Origin: Candidatus Krumholzibacteriota bacterium
GTDB lineage: Bacteria > Krumholzibacteriota > Krumholzibacteriia > LZORAL124-64-63
DNA: 50,907 nucleotides
Assembly (NCBI GenBank): GCA_039714075.1
Contig: JBDLKA010000017.1
Span: 1-50,907 of the forward strand
Direction of reading: 5' to 3'
The notes under the pieces are model-generated. The model worked only from the letters and a program-made list of their open reading frames with translations, ran no database searches and was not told the origin of the DNA. The position numbers were made by a program, and so were the translations under genes. Shown here in pieces: positions 1-10,203 of the stretch (within the stretch, counting starts at the first letter, position 1; every line of letters begins with the position of its first letter).

Positions 1-278
1 GCCTTGGTGTCCAGCCAGGCGCGCTCGCGGGCTTCCACGAAACCCATGCCCTTGATCACGCGGTTGCGGGCCGCCCGGTGGCCGACGTAGCCGGAAAAAA
101 TGATCCAGACAAAAGCCAGGAAGATATCCAGCCGCAGGATGACCTGCACGCTCCCGGCCGGGCCGAAGGATTCGAACAAAAAGCGGAGAATGATGGCCAC
201 GATCACGATGGGCGCCATCAGGACCAGGAAAATCCAGTGGTAGAGGATGTGGTTGCCGAGATAACTGAGCGCGTTCAT
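1..278 (-). CDS. Membrane protein, 3' end truncated by the window edge (not in ORF track)
   Basis: ATG at 278 with upstream AGGAGG; reads MNALSYLGNHILYHWIFLVLMAPIVIVAIILRFLF...IFLAFVWIIFSGYVG, two hydrophobic segments, open to position 1. Confidence 0.7.
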   Translation of the reverse strand, partial: MNALSYLGNHILYHWIFLVLMAPIVIVAIILRFLFESFGPAGSVQVILRLDIFLAFVWIIFSGYVGHRAARNRVIKGMGFVEARERAWLDTK

Positions 279-298
279 GGGACCCTCCTGATAAAAAA

Positions 299-532
299 CT
301 ACGGGTCGCCTGCGTAATCCATGCACATGTTGACGTTGGCGTAGGTCTTGAGCGTGACCGTGTCGCCGTAGCGGCACATCACGCCGTCCTGGTCGATCAT
401 CTCGCAGTGGCGGCAGGTCTCGCACTTCAATTCGTATTTCGGTTTGTTCACGTACCGCAAAACAAGGACCGCCGCCTTCCACAACACGACCGCCAGAATG
501 GCGAACATCAACAGGCGCAGGGCTAGCAGCAT
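299..532 (-). CDS. Small membrane-anchored Cys-rich protein (77 aa)
   Basis: GGAGGTGAG RBS; N-terminal TM helix then CETCRHC...C...C. Confidence 0.75.
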   Translation of the reverse strand: MLLALRLLMFAILAVVLWKAAVLVLRYVNKPKYELKCETCRHCEMIDQDGVMCRYGDTVTLKTYANVNMCMDYAGDP

Positions 533-662
533 GGGTCGGGCTCACCTCCGGGGGTACGTGTATGCTCAACAATATTATAGATTAACCGGCACGAAGGCGT
601 CAAACCGCCCGGAAATGCCCCCCGGGGGGGAATACTCGTGCTAATGTTTATTTCGCAGCTGG

Positions 663-872
663 TTATGGGATCTGATGTTCCTCCCTGTTGAACATCGCGA
701 TCGCCCACACCAACAGCCCTGCGGTGATGGCGGCTCCCACCCAGGAAACGGCCATGGGCACAACAAAAGCGCCGATGACCATTTGCCAACCATTAATGAT
801 TCGCAGCACATGCCCCAGGCAGATCACCCCGAAGATGAATCCGGAAATGTAGAGATAAGTTTGGGCTTTCAT
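663..872 (-). CDS. Small two-TM membrane protein (69 aa)
   Basis: True start is likely MKAQTYLYISG at 872 after GAGGGGG; two hydrophobic helices; the ORF-track extension overlaps the HD gene. Confidence 0.7.
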   Translation of the reverse strand: MKAQTYLYISGFIFGVICLGHVLRIINGWQMVIGAFVVPMAVSWVGAAITAGLLVWAIAMFNREEHQIP

Positions 873-882
873 GACACCCCCC

Positions 883-1398
883 TCAGGTTCGGAATCCCTC
901 CAGCCATTCGTCGAGAACGGCGGGACGGAACTCTTCCTTGGCGCGCCTGGTCGCCCATTCGATGAGCGCCCGGTCACGCGCCGGCTCCGTACACAATTTA
1001 CCAGGATCGGGGATGATCCACACCCTGCCGAGGTCCAGCCGGTCGGCGTCCCAGCAGGTTTGCACGGTGATGTCGGCATCGGTTTCGCCAGCGGTGTGGT
1101 GGGCGCAGGCTTCGTAAAGCAGGTCGAAACGGTCGTCGTCGAGGTGGATGTGCGAGCCGCGCAACGTCCGCGCGAAGTCGGCGGCTTCCTGCCCGTGTTC
1201 GTAGCACTCGCCCTCGTTGGTGCGGCGGCTGTCGTGCAGGACGGCGAACAGCTGGACGATTTCCAGGTCGGCGCCGGTCAGTTCGGCCAGATGGGCGCCG
1301 TTTTCCAGCACGCGGGCCCAATGGCCGGGGCCGTGGGGGCCGGAAACCGGTAGGGGATAGGAAGATAGGATGGTCTTAATAAGTCCGTCGCCGTGCAT
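883..1398 (-). CDS. HD-superfamily phosphohydrolase
   Basis: HGPGHWARV, FAVLHDSRR, HH and CWDADRLDLGRV motifs. Confidence 0.9.
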   Translation of the reverse strand: MHGDGLIKTILSSYPLPVSGPHGPGHWARVLENGAHLAELTGADLEIVQLFAVLHDSRRTNEGECYEHGQEAADFARTLRGSHIHLDDDRFDLLYEACAHHTAGETDADITVQTCWDADRLDLGRVWIIPDPGKLCTEPARDRALIEWATRRAKEEFRPAVLDEWLEGFRT

Positions 1399-1539
1399 GT
1401 GCCGCCTTCCAGGACCCCCGGGGGGCCTTCCCGAACTTAAGGGAGCCGATTTGTCCCTTTTCGATTATGATATCCAGAATCTATGAGTCCGGAATGAGCC
1501 AACAATGTAACCCAATTTCGCCCAAATCAGGAGTCCCCG

Positions 1540-4179
1540 ATGACGACCCCCCGCTCGTTCGCGCACTACAACGTGACCGAAAAGATCGGCGCCGGCGGCA
1601 TGGGTGAGGTTTTCCGCGCCACCGACAGCAAGCTGAACCGCGACGTAGCGCTGAAGATGCTGCCCGATACGGTCGCCCAGGACCCCGAACGGCTGGCCCG
1701 CTTCCGCCGCGAGGCCCAGGTGCTGGCGGCGCTGAACCATCACGGGATCGCGGGGATTTACGGGCTGGAATCCGAGGGTGAGAGGCACGCGCTGGCGATG
1801 GAACTGGTCACGGGGCCGGATCTTTCCGAACGGTTGGCCGCCGGGCCTTTATCCGTTGAAGAGGGAATGCGCGTGGCGCTGGAACTGGCCGAAGCCATCG
1901 AAGCCGCGCACGAGAAGGGCATCGTCCACCGCGATCTGAAACCGGCCAACATCAAGATCAACGACCAGGGCCACGTGAAGGTTCTGGACTTCGGGCTGGC
2001 CAAGGCGCTGGCGGACGATCCGGCCGGCGGCAGCTCCATCGACCCCGCCATGTCCCCCACGTTGACGGCGAACATGACCATGGGCAACGTCATTCTGGGC
2101 ACCGCGGCGTACATGAGCCCCGAACAGGCGCGCGGCACCGAGGTGGACAAGCGGGCCGACATCTGGGCCTTCGGGGTGGTCGTGGTCGAGATGCTTGGCG
2201 GGCGCAAACTGTTCGCGGGTGAAACGGTGAGCGACACACTGGCTTCAGTGCTGCAGGCGCAGATAGATCTGGATGATCTGCCGGACAACCTGCCCCGCCC
2301 GGTCAAACAACTGCTCCGCCGCTGCCTGCAGCGGGACCCGAAGCAGCGTCTGCGCGATATCGGCGACGCGCGCATCATCCTGCAGGATGTGATCTCCGGG
2401 GAAATCGAAGAGGCCCCGGAAACCGCCTCCAAGGGCAGCTCCCGGGTACATTGGGCTTTGACCTGCGCCCTGGTCGTCGCCGTTGCCGCCGCGGTCTTCG
2501 GTTTCATGCGCCCCAGCGACCATCAACCGCTGCCCCTGCGCAAATTCAGCATCCCGATGGATTCCAAGGACCCCTCGACCAATGTCGCCTTCGCGCCGCA
2601 AATCTCTCCTAATGGTCAGTACCTGGTCTACCTCAGCGAGGAGCAGATCTGGGTCCGCGACCTGGCCTCCATGGTTTCACGCCCCTTGTCCGGGACCGAG
2701 GGGGCGCACTATCCCTTCTGGTCGCCCGACAGCGAGTGGATCGGTTTTTCCACCAGCTCCGAGTTGAAGAAGATCGACCGCAGCGGCGGCCAGTCCACCA
2801 TCCTGGCCAAGATGAGCGGTAGCCAGACCATGAGCAGCGCATCTTCCGCCACCTGGAACCCCGACGGCTCCATCTACTACACAACCGGCAACACCGGTAT
2901 GTTGAAGTCGTCGTCCCAGGCCGGCGAGGTGACCATGCACCACGCGCAGCAGGAAGGTGAAATCGATTTCCACGAGGTATGTGCGCTACCCGCCGGCCGC
3001 GGCTGGGTTTTCGTGGTTCACACCAAGAAAGACTACGGATCGCTGAGCGTGTTGACCCCCGACGGCAAGGCCAAACAGGTTGTCGCCTACCCCGGGGATT
3101 CGATCAACAATCCGGTGTGGTCTCCGTCGGGCCATATCCTTTTCGAAAGGAACCAGGTCGCCGACGGCATCTGGGCCATTCCCTTCTCCCTGGACAAACT
3201 GGAAGTAAGCGGCGAGCCCTTCCTGGTCGCCGCAGGCGGGAGCAGCCCCACGGTTTCGGTGGATGGGACCCTGGTCTACACCGCCGGAGTCCATCAATTT
3301 CAGGTCCAGCTGGCCTGGTACGATCGGCAGGGAAACTTCATCGAGTCCATCGCCGATGTGTCCACCAGTCGGCCGTTCCCCACCCTGTCCCCGGACGATA
3401 CCCAAATCCTGCTGTCATGTACCACCGACGACGGGCGGGAAATCTGGCTGTTCGATACCACCAACCGCAACGAGCGCCGGGTGACCTTTGACGGCCTCCG
3501 CTGGGGAGAAGCGTCCTGGCATCCCGACGGAAAACGGATTATTTCCAATGTCGATTCCGACTTCAAGGCCTTCCTCTTTACGCTGGACGGCTCCGAACCC
3601 CGCCGCGACCTGGGCCTGGGAGCCCTGTTGCGCTTCTCCCGGGACGGAGAAACTATTTTTTATTCCAAGCCCATGATGGATGGCGGCTTCAACTTCGACA
3701 TCTACTCACGCCCGTTGGACGCTCCGGAAGAAGAAGGTCGCAAACTTGTGGCTTCGCCCGCTATCGAATGGCTGCCGCTCCCATCTCCGGATGGTCGACA
3801 TCTGCTCTACGTCTCGGAGGAATCAGGCGACCAGGAAATCTACGCCACCACCTACCCCGACCTGACGGGCAGATGGCAGGTATCGCGCGGCGGAGGCGGT
3901 TGGGCGCAGTGGCGGGCCGACGGCAAGGAAATCTACTACACCACGCATAAGGAGATGTTCGTGGTGTCGGTGGATGACGAGAACGGGTTCATGCTGGGGC
4001 GGCCGCGGAAGTTGTTTGACCGGCCGAGCACGGATTGGTCCGCGAGCTGGCCGGATGGGTTCGATGTCACCGCCGGTGGGGAAAGGTTTGTGATGCTAAG
4101 GCCAGCGCCGACGGAAGAGCACGTGCAGCCCATGTTGATGGTGGTGCAGAACTGGTTTCGGGAGTTTGGGGGGGAGTAG
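1540..4179 (+). CDS. Hanks-type Ser/Thr protein kinase with TM helix and TolB/PD40-like beta-propeller
   Basis: GAGGMGEV, VALK, HRDLKPAN, DFGLAK and GTAAYMSPEQ motifs; TM segment; repeated P-x-(W/L)SPDG units. Confidence 0.95.
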   Translation: MTTPRSFAHYNVTEKIGAGGMGEVFRATDSKLNRDVALKMLPDTVAQDPERLARFRREAQVLAALNHHGIAGIYGLESEGERHALAMELVTGPDLSERLAAGPLSVEEGMRVALELAEAIEAAHEKGIVHRDLKPANIKINDQGHVKVLDFGLAKALADDPAGGSSIDPAMSPTLTANMTMGNVILGTAAYMSPEQARGTEVDKRADIWAFGVVVVEMLGGRKLFAGETVSDTLASVLQAQIDLDDLPDNLPRPVKQLLRRCLQRDPKQRLRDIGDARIILQDVISGEIEEAPETASKGSSRVHWALTCALVVAVAAAVFGFMRPSDHQPLPLRKFSIPMDSKDPSTNVAFAPQISPNGQYLVYLSEEQIWVRDLASMVSRPLSGTEGAHYPFWSPDSEWIGFSTSSELKKIDRSGGQSTILAKMSGSQTMSSASSATWNPDGSIYYTTGNTGMLKSSSQAGEVTMHHAQQEGEIDFHEVCALPAGRGWVFVVHTKKDYGSLSVLTPDGKAKQVVAYPGDSINNPVWSPSGHILFERNQVADGIWAIPFSLDKLEVSGEPFLVAAGGSSPTVSVDGTLVYTAGVHQFQVQLAWYDRQGNFIESIADVSTSRPFPTLSPDDTQILLSCTTDDGREIWLFDTTNRNERRVTFDGLRWGEASWHPDGKRIISNVDSDFKAFLFTLDGSEPRRDLGLGALLRFSRDGETIFYSKPMMDGGFNFDIYSRPLDAPEEEGRKLVASPAIEWLPLPSPDGRHLLYVSEESGDQEIYATTYPDLTGRWQVSRGGGGWAQWRADGKEIYYTTHKEMFVVSVDDENGFMLGRPRKLFDRPSTDWSASWPDGFDVTAGGERFVMLRPAPTEEHVQPMLMVVQNWFREFGGE

Positions 4180-4181
4180 AC

Positions 4182-4721
4182 CTACGCGTCGGCCCACACC
4201 TTGATTCCCCGGCGTTCCCTTTCCTGAAGGCCACATTTGCGGAGAATTTCACCCAGCAATTCAAGGTCGGGAATCGCCTTGAGGGACACATCCGGAACAT
4301 TCCGGTCGCTTGATTTCAGAACCAATTCCGAGTGGCCGACCAATCTCATTCCCAGCGGCTTGTATATTTCGTAGTCGTCGATCCGGAACAGTTCAATGTT
4401 GTTCAGCGACTTCGAAAAAATACCCTTCTCGATTTGTATCCGCTGTGACGAGATCTTGTAGTTGATCGAGATCCTGCGCAACCAGAAGAAGATCGCCGCC
4501 ACTCCCAGCGTTATGACCGACAGGGCGTACTCGCCCAGTGTGAAAATTGTCGCCGGCCGGCCACTGAAAAGCTCTCTTTCCTCCTCCTCATTGCGTTTGG
4601 AGACAAAAGCCTCGATGTCTTCACTGCAGAACCGACACTTTATCGCGGCGGCCTTGATTGGCTCCCCACATACGGGACAGGCCTTGGTTTGGGCCCTGTT
4701 TTCCACGGTTTGTTCAGTCAT
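4182..4721 (-). CDS. Zinc-ribbon plus bacterial PH-domain (bPH_2/YdbT-like) membrane protein
   Basis: CPVCGE...KCRFC, one TM helix, YKISSQRIQIEKGIFSK...ELFRI. Confidence 0.8.
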   Translation of the reverse strand: MTEQTVENRAQTKACPVCGEPIKAAAIKCRFCSEDIEAFVSKRNEEEERELFSGRPATIFTLGEYALSVITLGVAAIFFWLRRISINYKISSQRIQIEKGIFSKSLNNIELFRIDDYEIYKPLGMRLVGHSELVLKSSDRNVPDVSLKAIPDLELLGEILRKCGLQERERRGIKVWADA

Positions 4722-4967
4722 TTCGTCCTCCCAGGATTATTTTTCAACGAGACAATGCGATAAACACTGCATTTTGCCCGGTTTGCACCCTGGTTGTGGT
4801 ACATGGTTTCCCCTTGGGGATAGCCTGCATATCGGGTACCACTTTGGCTCTGACTTCAGCGGGGTAGATTTTTCCGACAGGATTTTCTTCAGGTATCATA
4901 TGAATTGATGGCCAACCGACCAATGCCCGGCGGCGGGTCATGAGCGCGGGTCACGGCACCACGCCCG

Positions 4968-5771
4968 TTACGGTTTGGTCCCTGTAACGATGAGTGCCGC
5001 CAGCTCGAATGTTGCATCTTGCCGCTCTCCGACGTACGGGCTTAAAACCTGTTCAGCCTCTCCCAGGATTTGCTGGATTTGCTCCTCGGGCAATACAACT
5101 CCCATTACCGGTAGCCAACCCCTGAGGTCTGCTTCAACCATGATCCGAATACCTGGAAAACTGGCCGTGCCGAGGCAGGTTTTGACTTCAACGGAGGCCG
5201 CACCGGCATCCACGAACAAGGCCACCAGTTCGTCCCGGTCTCCAAGCACAAAAGGGGCACGGAGGGCATCAGCCGCTTGCGGACCCGCAAACCTCTCGAA
5301 CAGTTCCACCTCCGCTGCGTATGCCGGAATGTTTTCCAGGGAGTCAAAGACCGCAACGGCCAGACGACCCCCAGGGACCATTACCCGTAGCATCTCAGCG
5401 ATTGCTTGGGGGCGATCAGGGAAAAACATGAGTCCGAACTGACTTACGACCGCGTCAAAAGATCGGTCTTCGAAGGGCAGCAACTCTGCCGTTCCTTCCT
5501 TCCACTCCACCGATGGCGCCAGCTGTTTGGCAACCGCCAACATTCCGGGAGCCGGATCAAGTCCAGCCGTGAATCCGTTTGATCCGACTCGTGAGGCAAC
5601 TTCCCTCGCAAGTACTCCCGTACCGCAAGCAACATCCAGCACTCGTTGGCCAGGCTGGACCCTTGCTGCGTCCGCGACAATGGGGGCCCACTGCCCGAAG
5701 AGCGACGGCACGAACAACCCTTCATATGATTGGGCTGCTTCAATCTGGGATTGCATTGTCGGTTCTGTCAT
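4968..5771 (-). CDS. Class I SAM-dependent methyltransferase (UbiE-like)
   Basis: VLDVACGTG, LPFEDRSFDAVVSQFGLMFF, RVMVPGGRL. Confidence 0.92.
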   Translation of the reverse strand: MTEPTMQSQIEAAQSYEGLFVPSLFGQWAPIVADAARVQPGQRVLDVACGTGVLAREVASRVGSNGFTAGLDPAPGMLAVAKQLAPSVEWKEGTAELLPFEDRSFDAVVSQFGLMFFPDRPQAIAEMLRVMVPGGRLAVAVFDSLENIPAYAAEVELFERFAGPQAADALRAPFVLGDRDELVALFVDAGAASVEVKTCLGTASFPGIRIMVEADLRGWLPVMGVVLPEEQIQQILGEAEQVLSPYVGERQDATFELAALIVTGTKP

Positions 5772-5847
5772 ATCAGGTCCTCCTGAAGATCAATCCGTCA
5801 GAGGTATCCGCCAGCCGGACATCCACCAATCCGGAGTCCAGAAGCCC

Positions 5848-8820
5848 CTACCGCCCGAACTTCCCCACAATCTCCTGTGCCCCCAAAACCCTTGTATGGC
5901 CGGCCGGCAACCTCCGCTCCAAAACCCCCAAACCTCCCTTGGCCAGCTTGAATGCCTCTTCCCTTCGGCCATTCTCCAGCAGCAGTTCTCCCAATTGCAC
6001 TTCCGACCACGCCGTCAGCGGATTCTCCGCCCCCAACCGATCCCTCCGGATCCCCACCGCCTGCCGCATCAACCGCTCGGCGTCCATCAAATTCCCCCGC
6101 TCCTTCTGAATAACCCCCACCACCTGCAACCCGGACGCGGTTCGCGGACTGTCCGCCTCGGCCACCTTCCGGATATTCTCCAAAGCGGATGAAGCCGTCA
6201 CGAAAGCCTCGTCCACCCTTCCCATCTTCAGGAACACCTGCGCCAACCCCAGCTCCGCCGTCGAGGTGAACCGGTTCTCCACCCCGAACTCCGCCCGCCC
6301 GATCTCCACCGCCGCTTGCTGCGCCTCCAAAGCCGCCTCCAGATCCCCCAACCCTTGATACGCCCTCGCCATGTGCATATTTGTGATCCCAACCACCTTG
6401 TGCCCGGGCCCGACCAACTCCAGCTTGATCCCCATCGCCTCGCGATGCAGAACCAGCGCCTCTTCATCCCGCCCCAGGTCATGTAGCAGCCACCCGAGGT
6501 CATCCAGCCGCCCCGCCGTAATGCGATGCGCCCCCAGATGCTCGCGACTCAAAGCCACCGCCTCGCGCAGCAGCGGCTCGGCCTCCGCGTAATGCCCGGC
6601 CCGGCTCCTGGTCAACCCCACCGTGCCCAGGTTCTTGATCAGATCCGGATGCCCCGGCGCCAGCGTCGCGCGGCGAATCTCCAGCGCCTCGGCAAACACG
6701 CGTTCGGCTTCGTCGTATTGGCCGTTTTCACTCAGCGTGCTGCCCAGGGCCATCAGGCTGTGGGCCACGTTGGGATGGTTGTCGTCGTAATGCTGACGAT
6801 CCAGCGCCAGCACCTGCCGCTGGATGGGCGCGGCCGCCTTGTAATCGCCCCGGTCCTTCAGCAGCAGCGCCAGGTTGAACAGGGTGTTCGCCACTTCGGG
6901 ATGATCTTCGCCCAGCTCCCGCCTCTGGATATCCAGCGCCTTGCGGAACATGGGTTCGGCCTGGTCACCCTTGCCCCAATCCAGCAGCATCATGGCATAA
7001 TCGTTCAGGCAAATGCCGTAATCGGCGTCCTGCAGGGCGGGATCGGATTCGTAGATGTCCGAGGCCTCGCGGTAGTAGACCAGCGATTCCTCGTACCTAT
7101 CCTGGTAGGCCGCCAGCAGCGCGAGGCTTTGCAGGTCCGAGGCCACCAGCGGGTCCAGCGAACCCAGCTCGGCCCGATGGACCTCCAGCGCCGCGGTCAA
7201 CAACGACTCGGCCACGGCGTAATTTCCAGACTCCACTTCCAGCAGGCCCAATGCCGACGCGGTCGAGGCCACTTCGAGATGCCGGTCGCCATGCAGCGAC
7301 CGCTTGATGTCCAGCGACCGGGTCAGCAGGTCACGGCTTTCGTCGTACATGCCCAGTCCCCGGTGCACGCCGCCCAGCACATCGAGCATCTCACCCTGGA
7401 CGGCCGGCTGATCGGCCAGGCCCGTGTCCACGTTCTCCGCGCCGCGTGTCAGGATTTCCCGCGCGGTGATGTCGGCGCCGCGGCTCTGGTCGGGGTCGGC
7501 CAGCGCGAACATGTCGGTCAAAAACGCCGCCACCTGTTCGGCCTTGGCTTCGCCCTGGCGGGCGAGATCGCGTTCGTGGGCCAACTGCGCGGTGTAGAAG
7601 CTGACCAGACCCACCGTCACAACCAGGACGGCGGCCACGGCGGTGAACGCCAGCCGGTAGCGGGAAATCAGTTTTCCGGTGCGGTATTGAAGCGTTGCCG
7701 GCCGGGCGAACACCGGCTCGGCCGCCAGATGGCGCCCCAGGTCGTCGGCCAAACGGCCCGGCGAATTGTAGCGGCGTTCGGGTTCCCGCCGCAGCGCCAT
7801 CAGGACGATGTTGTCCAGGTCGCCGGCCAGCCGACGCGCGGCGATCTCCCCGCCGGCCACCTTCCGGCTGGGCGGATCGGGATCCCGTTCGCAGGTCTCG
7901 GTGGCGATCTCGCGGGCGGTGGCCTCGGATCCCCCGAAAGGCCGCGTACCAGTGAGCACCTGATACAGAACCAGGCCCAGACCGAACACGTCGGTGGCCG
8001 TGGTGATGGGATCGCCGTTGATCTGCTCGGGTGCGGCGTACCCCGGAGTCAACACCTGCAGGCCGGGTATGGTCCGGGGCGCGTCGCCGACCACCCCGTC
8101 GTCTTCCAGCAGTTTGGCGATGCCGAAATCCATCAGTTTCACGGTGCCGTCGGCCGTGACCAGGATGTTGCTCGGCTTCAGGTCGCGATGCACCACCAGG
8201 TTGTTGTGGGCGTGCTGCACCGTGGCGCACACGGTTCGCATCAGTTCCACGCGGGCGGTCAGGCCCAAACCCTCGTCGCGGCAGTACTCGTCGATCGGCC
8301 GCCCCTCCACGTATTCCATGACGAGGTAGGGCCGCCCGTCGGGCGTGATGCCGCCGTCCAATAGATTGGCGATGTTGGGGTGTCGCAAGCGGGCAAGGAT
8401 CTGCCGCTCGACCAGGAACCGGGCGGTGATCTGCTCGGAGTCCATGCCCCGCCGGATGACCTTGAGGGCCACTTGTTCGTCATAGGTGCCGTCGCTGCGG
8501 CGTGCGAGATAAACCGTCCCCATGCCGCCGCGGGCCACTTCGCGTTCGATGGTGTAGCGATCGAGCCGTGTGCCGACCAGGGCGTCGGCAATCTCCGAAC
8601 CGGGTTCGCAGACCAAACCCCCGAGGTCCGCCGCCAAGGCGTCCAGATAGCCGGGATCTTCGGCGTCGGACGCCAGCAGGCTCAAGACTTCCATGGCCAG
8701 TTCGGCGTCGGAATTACAGTGCGCGGCCACGAAAGCCCGCCGTTCGGCGGGCGCCACCTCCAGAGCCGCGGTAAACAGCTCCTGCACCTTCTCCCAGCGG
8801 CCGGCGTCGGGCACTGTCAT
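5848..8820 (-). CDS. Ser/Thr protein kinase with TM helix and C-terminal TPR repeats
   Basis: RGGMGTVY, HRDLKPSN, DFGIAK, TPGYAAPEQ; many TPR-like repeats (HPEVANTLFNLA, HPNVAHSLMALG); overlaps the upstream ECF gene by 4 nt. Confidence 0.95.
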   Translation of the reverse strand: MTVPDAGRWEKVQELFTAALEVAPAERRAFVAAHCNSDAELAMEVLSLLASDAEDPGYLDALAADLGGLVCEPGSEIADALVGTRLDRYTIEREVARGGMGTVYLARRSDGTYDEQVALKVIRRGMDSEQITARFLVERQILARLRHPNIANLLDGGITPDGRPYLVMEYVEGRPIDEYCRDEGLGLTARVELMRTVCATVQHAHNNLVVHRDLKPSNILVTADGTVKLMDFGIAKLLEDDGVVGDAPRTIPGLQVLTPGYAAPEQINGDPITTATDVFGLGLVLYQVLTGTRPFGGSEATAREIATETCERDPDPPSRKVAGGEIAARRLAGDLDNIVLMALRREPERRYNSPGRLADDLGRHLAAEPVFARPATLQYRTGKLISRYRLAFTAVAAVLVVTVGLVSFYTAQLAHERDLARQGEAKAEQVAAFLTDMFALADPDQSRGADITAREILTRGAENVDTGLADQPAVQGEMLDVLGGVHRGLGMYDESRDLLTRSLDIKRSLHGDRHLEVASTASALGLLEVESGNYAVAESLLTAALEVHRAELGSLDPLVASDLQSLALLAAYQDRYEESLVYYREASDIYESDPALQDADYGICLNDYAMMLLDWGKGDQAEPMFRKALDIQRRELGEDHPEVANTLFNLALLLKDRGDYKAAAPIQRQVLALDRQHYDDNHPNVAHSLMALGSTLSENGQYDEAERVFAEALEIRRATLAPGHPDLIKNLGTVGLTRSRAGHYAEAEPLLREAVALSREHLGAHRITAGRLDDLGWLLHDLGRDEEALVLHREAMGIKLELVGPGHKVVGITNMHMARAYQGLGDLEAALEAQQAAVEIGRAEFGVENRFTSTAELGLAQVFLKMGRVDEAFVTASSALENIRKVAEADSPRTASGLQVVGVIQKERGNLMDAERLMRQAVGIRRDRLGAENPLTAWSEVQLGELLLENGRREEAFKLAKGGLGVLERRLPAGHTRVLGAQEIVGKFGR

Positions 8821-9407
8821 CCCGTCATCTCCCGCTTGAGCCAGGCCTGGGCCAGACGCCAGTCGCGGCGCACCGTCGGCACAGAGACTTCAAGCACCGA
8901 CGCCACCTCTTCGTGGGTCATCCCGCCGAAAAAACGCATCTCGACGACCTGGCGCTGGCGGGTGCTCAAGGCATCCAGTCGGTCCAGGGCGCCGTCCAGT
9001 TCGATGACCGCTTCCGGCGTGGCCACCGGCATCGCGACCTTCGAATCCAGGGTCATGAACACCTGCCCGCCTCCGCGCTTTTCCGCCAACCGCTTGCGCG
9101 CGTGATCGATCAGCACTCGCCGCATGACCCGCGCGGCGATGCAGTAGAAATGGGCGCGGTCCTGCCACGCGACCTGCTCCTGGTCCACGAGTCGCAGATA
9201 AGCTTCGTGGACCAGAGCCGTGGGCGTCAGCGTGTGGCCGCCGCGCTCACTGGCCATGTGCTTGTTGGCCATGCGGCGCAGGGTGGCGTAGACGTGGTCG
9301 ACCAGTTGATCGACGGCGTCACGGTCCTGGCGGGCGGCGTCCAGGCACAGCCGGGTCACGTTTTCGCGGGAAAGGCTCAAGGGCGCTCCGTTCGAATGGT
9401 TCTGCAT
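8817..9407 (-). CDS. ECF sigma factor, kinase-associated type
   Basis: HTLTPTALVHEAYLRL, MRRVLIDHARKR, TVRRDWRLAQAWL; translationally coupled to the kinase. Confidence 0.93.
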   Translation of the reverse strand: MQNHSNGAPLSLSRENVTRLCLDAARQDRDAVDQLVDHVYATLRRMANKHMASERGGHTLTPTALVHEAYLRLVDQEQVAWQDRAHFYCIAARVMRRVLIDHARKRLAEKRGGGQVFMTLDSKVAMPVATPEAVIELDGALDRLDALSTRQRQVVEMRFFGGMTHEEVASVLEVSVPTVRRDWRLAQAWLKREMTG

Positions 9408-9498
9408 CTGGAATCACCGCCCTTCAATTTAAGAATGATATTCATTCTCGACCACCGGCCGGGCCACCACCGGCCGGCGATGCGCTCCTGCTCCGGAA

Positions 9499-10089
9499 TT
9501 ACTCCAGAATCAGGTCCTGATAGAATTTCCCCGACATGACCACATAGCACGTGGCGGGGTCGCGGCCCTCCAGGGTCAGGGAATGGTAATCCGGGCTGCC
9601 GAAGGTCATGCCGCCTTCGTCGTCTTCACTTTCCCAGCGTTCCGTAACCGAGCTGTAGGTGTAATGGAAACCGTTGCCGATGGAGACCTGCGGACCGTCC
9701 GGGTCGAGTTCATAAATGCTCATCCGCAGCAGAAGGCGGGTTCCGTCCTTCAGGGGCAGCTCGCTTTTCAGGAAGATGTTCATTTGATCGGACTGCACAG
9801 TGGTTCCCGAGTTCGCCTTGATGATCACATTTGTCTTTTCGGCCAGCAACAATTCGTCCTCGCCGGTCACGTCGCTGAGTTTGAAACTGATGTGGAAATC
9901 GCCCTCGGCCCTGGCCGCCGAGGAATCGCAATCCTGGTAGACCCTCAGGAAATTCGCCTGCCAGGTCACCTCGACCATGGGCAGGGGCTTGGGCGGCGCG
10001 GTGGGCGATTCGTCGTCGCTGCAGCCCTGCAGCGGGACCAGAAACAACGCTACCATCATCAACATCAAAGAGTTACGGATCGATTTCAT
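9499..10089 (-). CDS. Lipoprotein of unknown function
   Basis: Signal peptide ending in lipobox LQGC, then SDDESPTAP; GGAGG RBS. Confidence 0.8.
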   Translation of the reverse strand: MKSIRNSLMLMMVALFLVPLQGCSDDESPTAPPKPLPMVEVTWQANFLRVYQDCDSSAARAEGDFHISFKLSDVTGEDELLLAEKTNVIIKANSGTTVQSDQMNIFLKSELPLKDGTRLLLRMSIYELDPDGPQVSIGNGFHYTYSSVTERWESEDDEGGMTFGSPDYHSLTLEGRDPATCYVVMSGKFYQDLILE

Positions 10090-10138
10090 GTCGTCATCCT
10101 CCCGTGGATGGAACAGGGCATAGTGGTTTTCACGGGAA

Positions 10139-10167
10139 GACGCGCAGAATCGCGAGAAAAGTGATCA
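10139..10167 (-). promoter_or_regulatory. Possible ECF-dependent promoter (TGATCA ... GCGCGTC) upstream of the lipoprotein-ECF-kinase cluster
   Basis: Minus strand reads TGATCActtttctcgcgattctGCGCGTC about 50 nt upstream of the ATG; assignment to this ECF is inference. Confidence 0.3.
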
Positions 10168-10203
10168 GGTTTTTTTTGAAGAAAAAAGAGAGCCCGGGGA
10201 ATC

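Noticed and set aside
4905..4975. Possible integron attC site after the methyltransferase (TAAC...GTTGGC on the minus strand)
   Set aside because: R and L boxes are poorly complementary; no integrase or second attC seen
5848..6450. Visible codon-usage shift at the 3' end of the TPR kinase and in the neighbouring 4182-5771 genes
   Set aside because: Reading frames are intact and no mobility signature is present; the shift cannot be quantified by eye
6526..8364. 612-aa plus-strand ORF
   Set aside because: Antisense shadow of the kinase-TPR gene; typical of GC-rich codon bias, with no motifs
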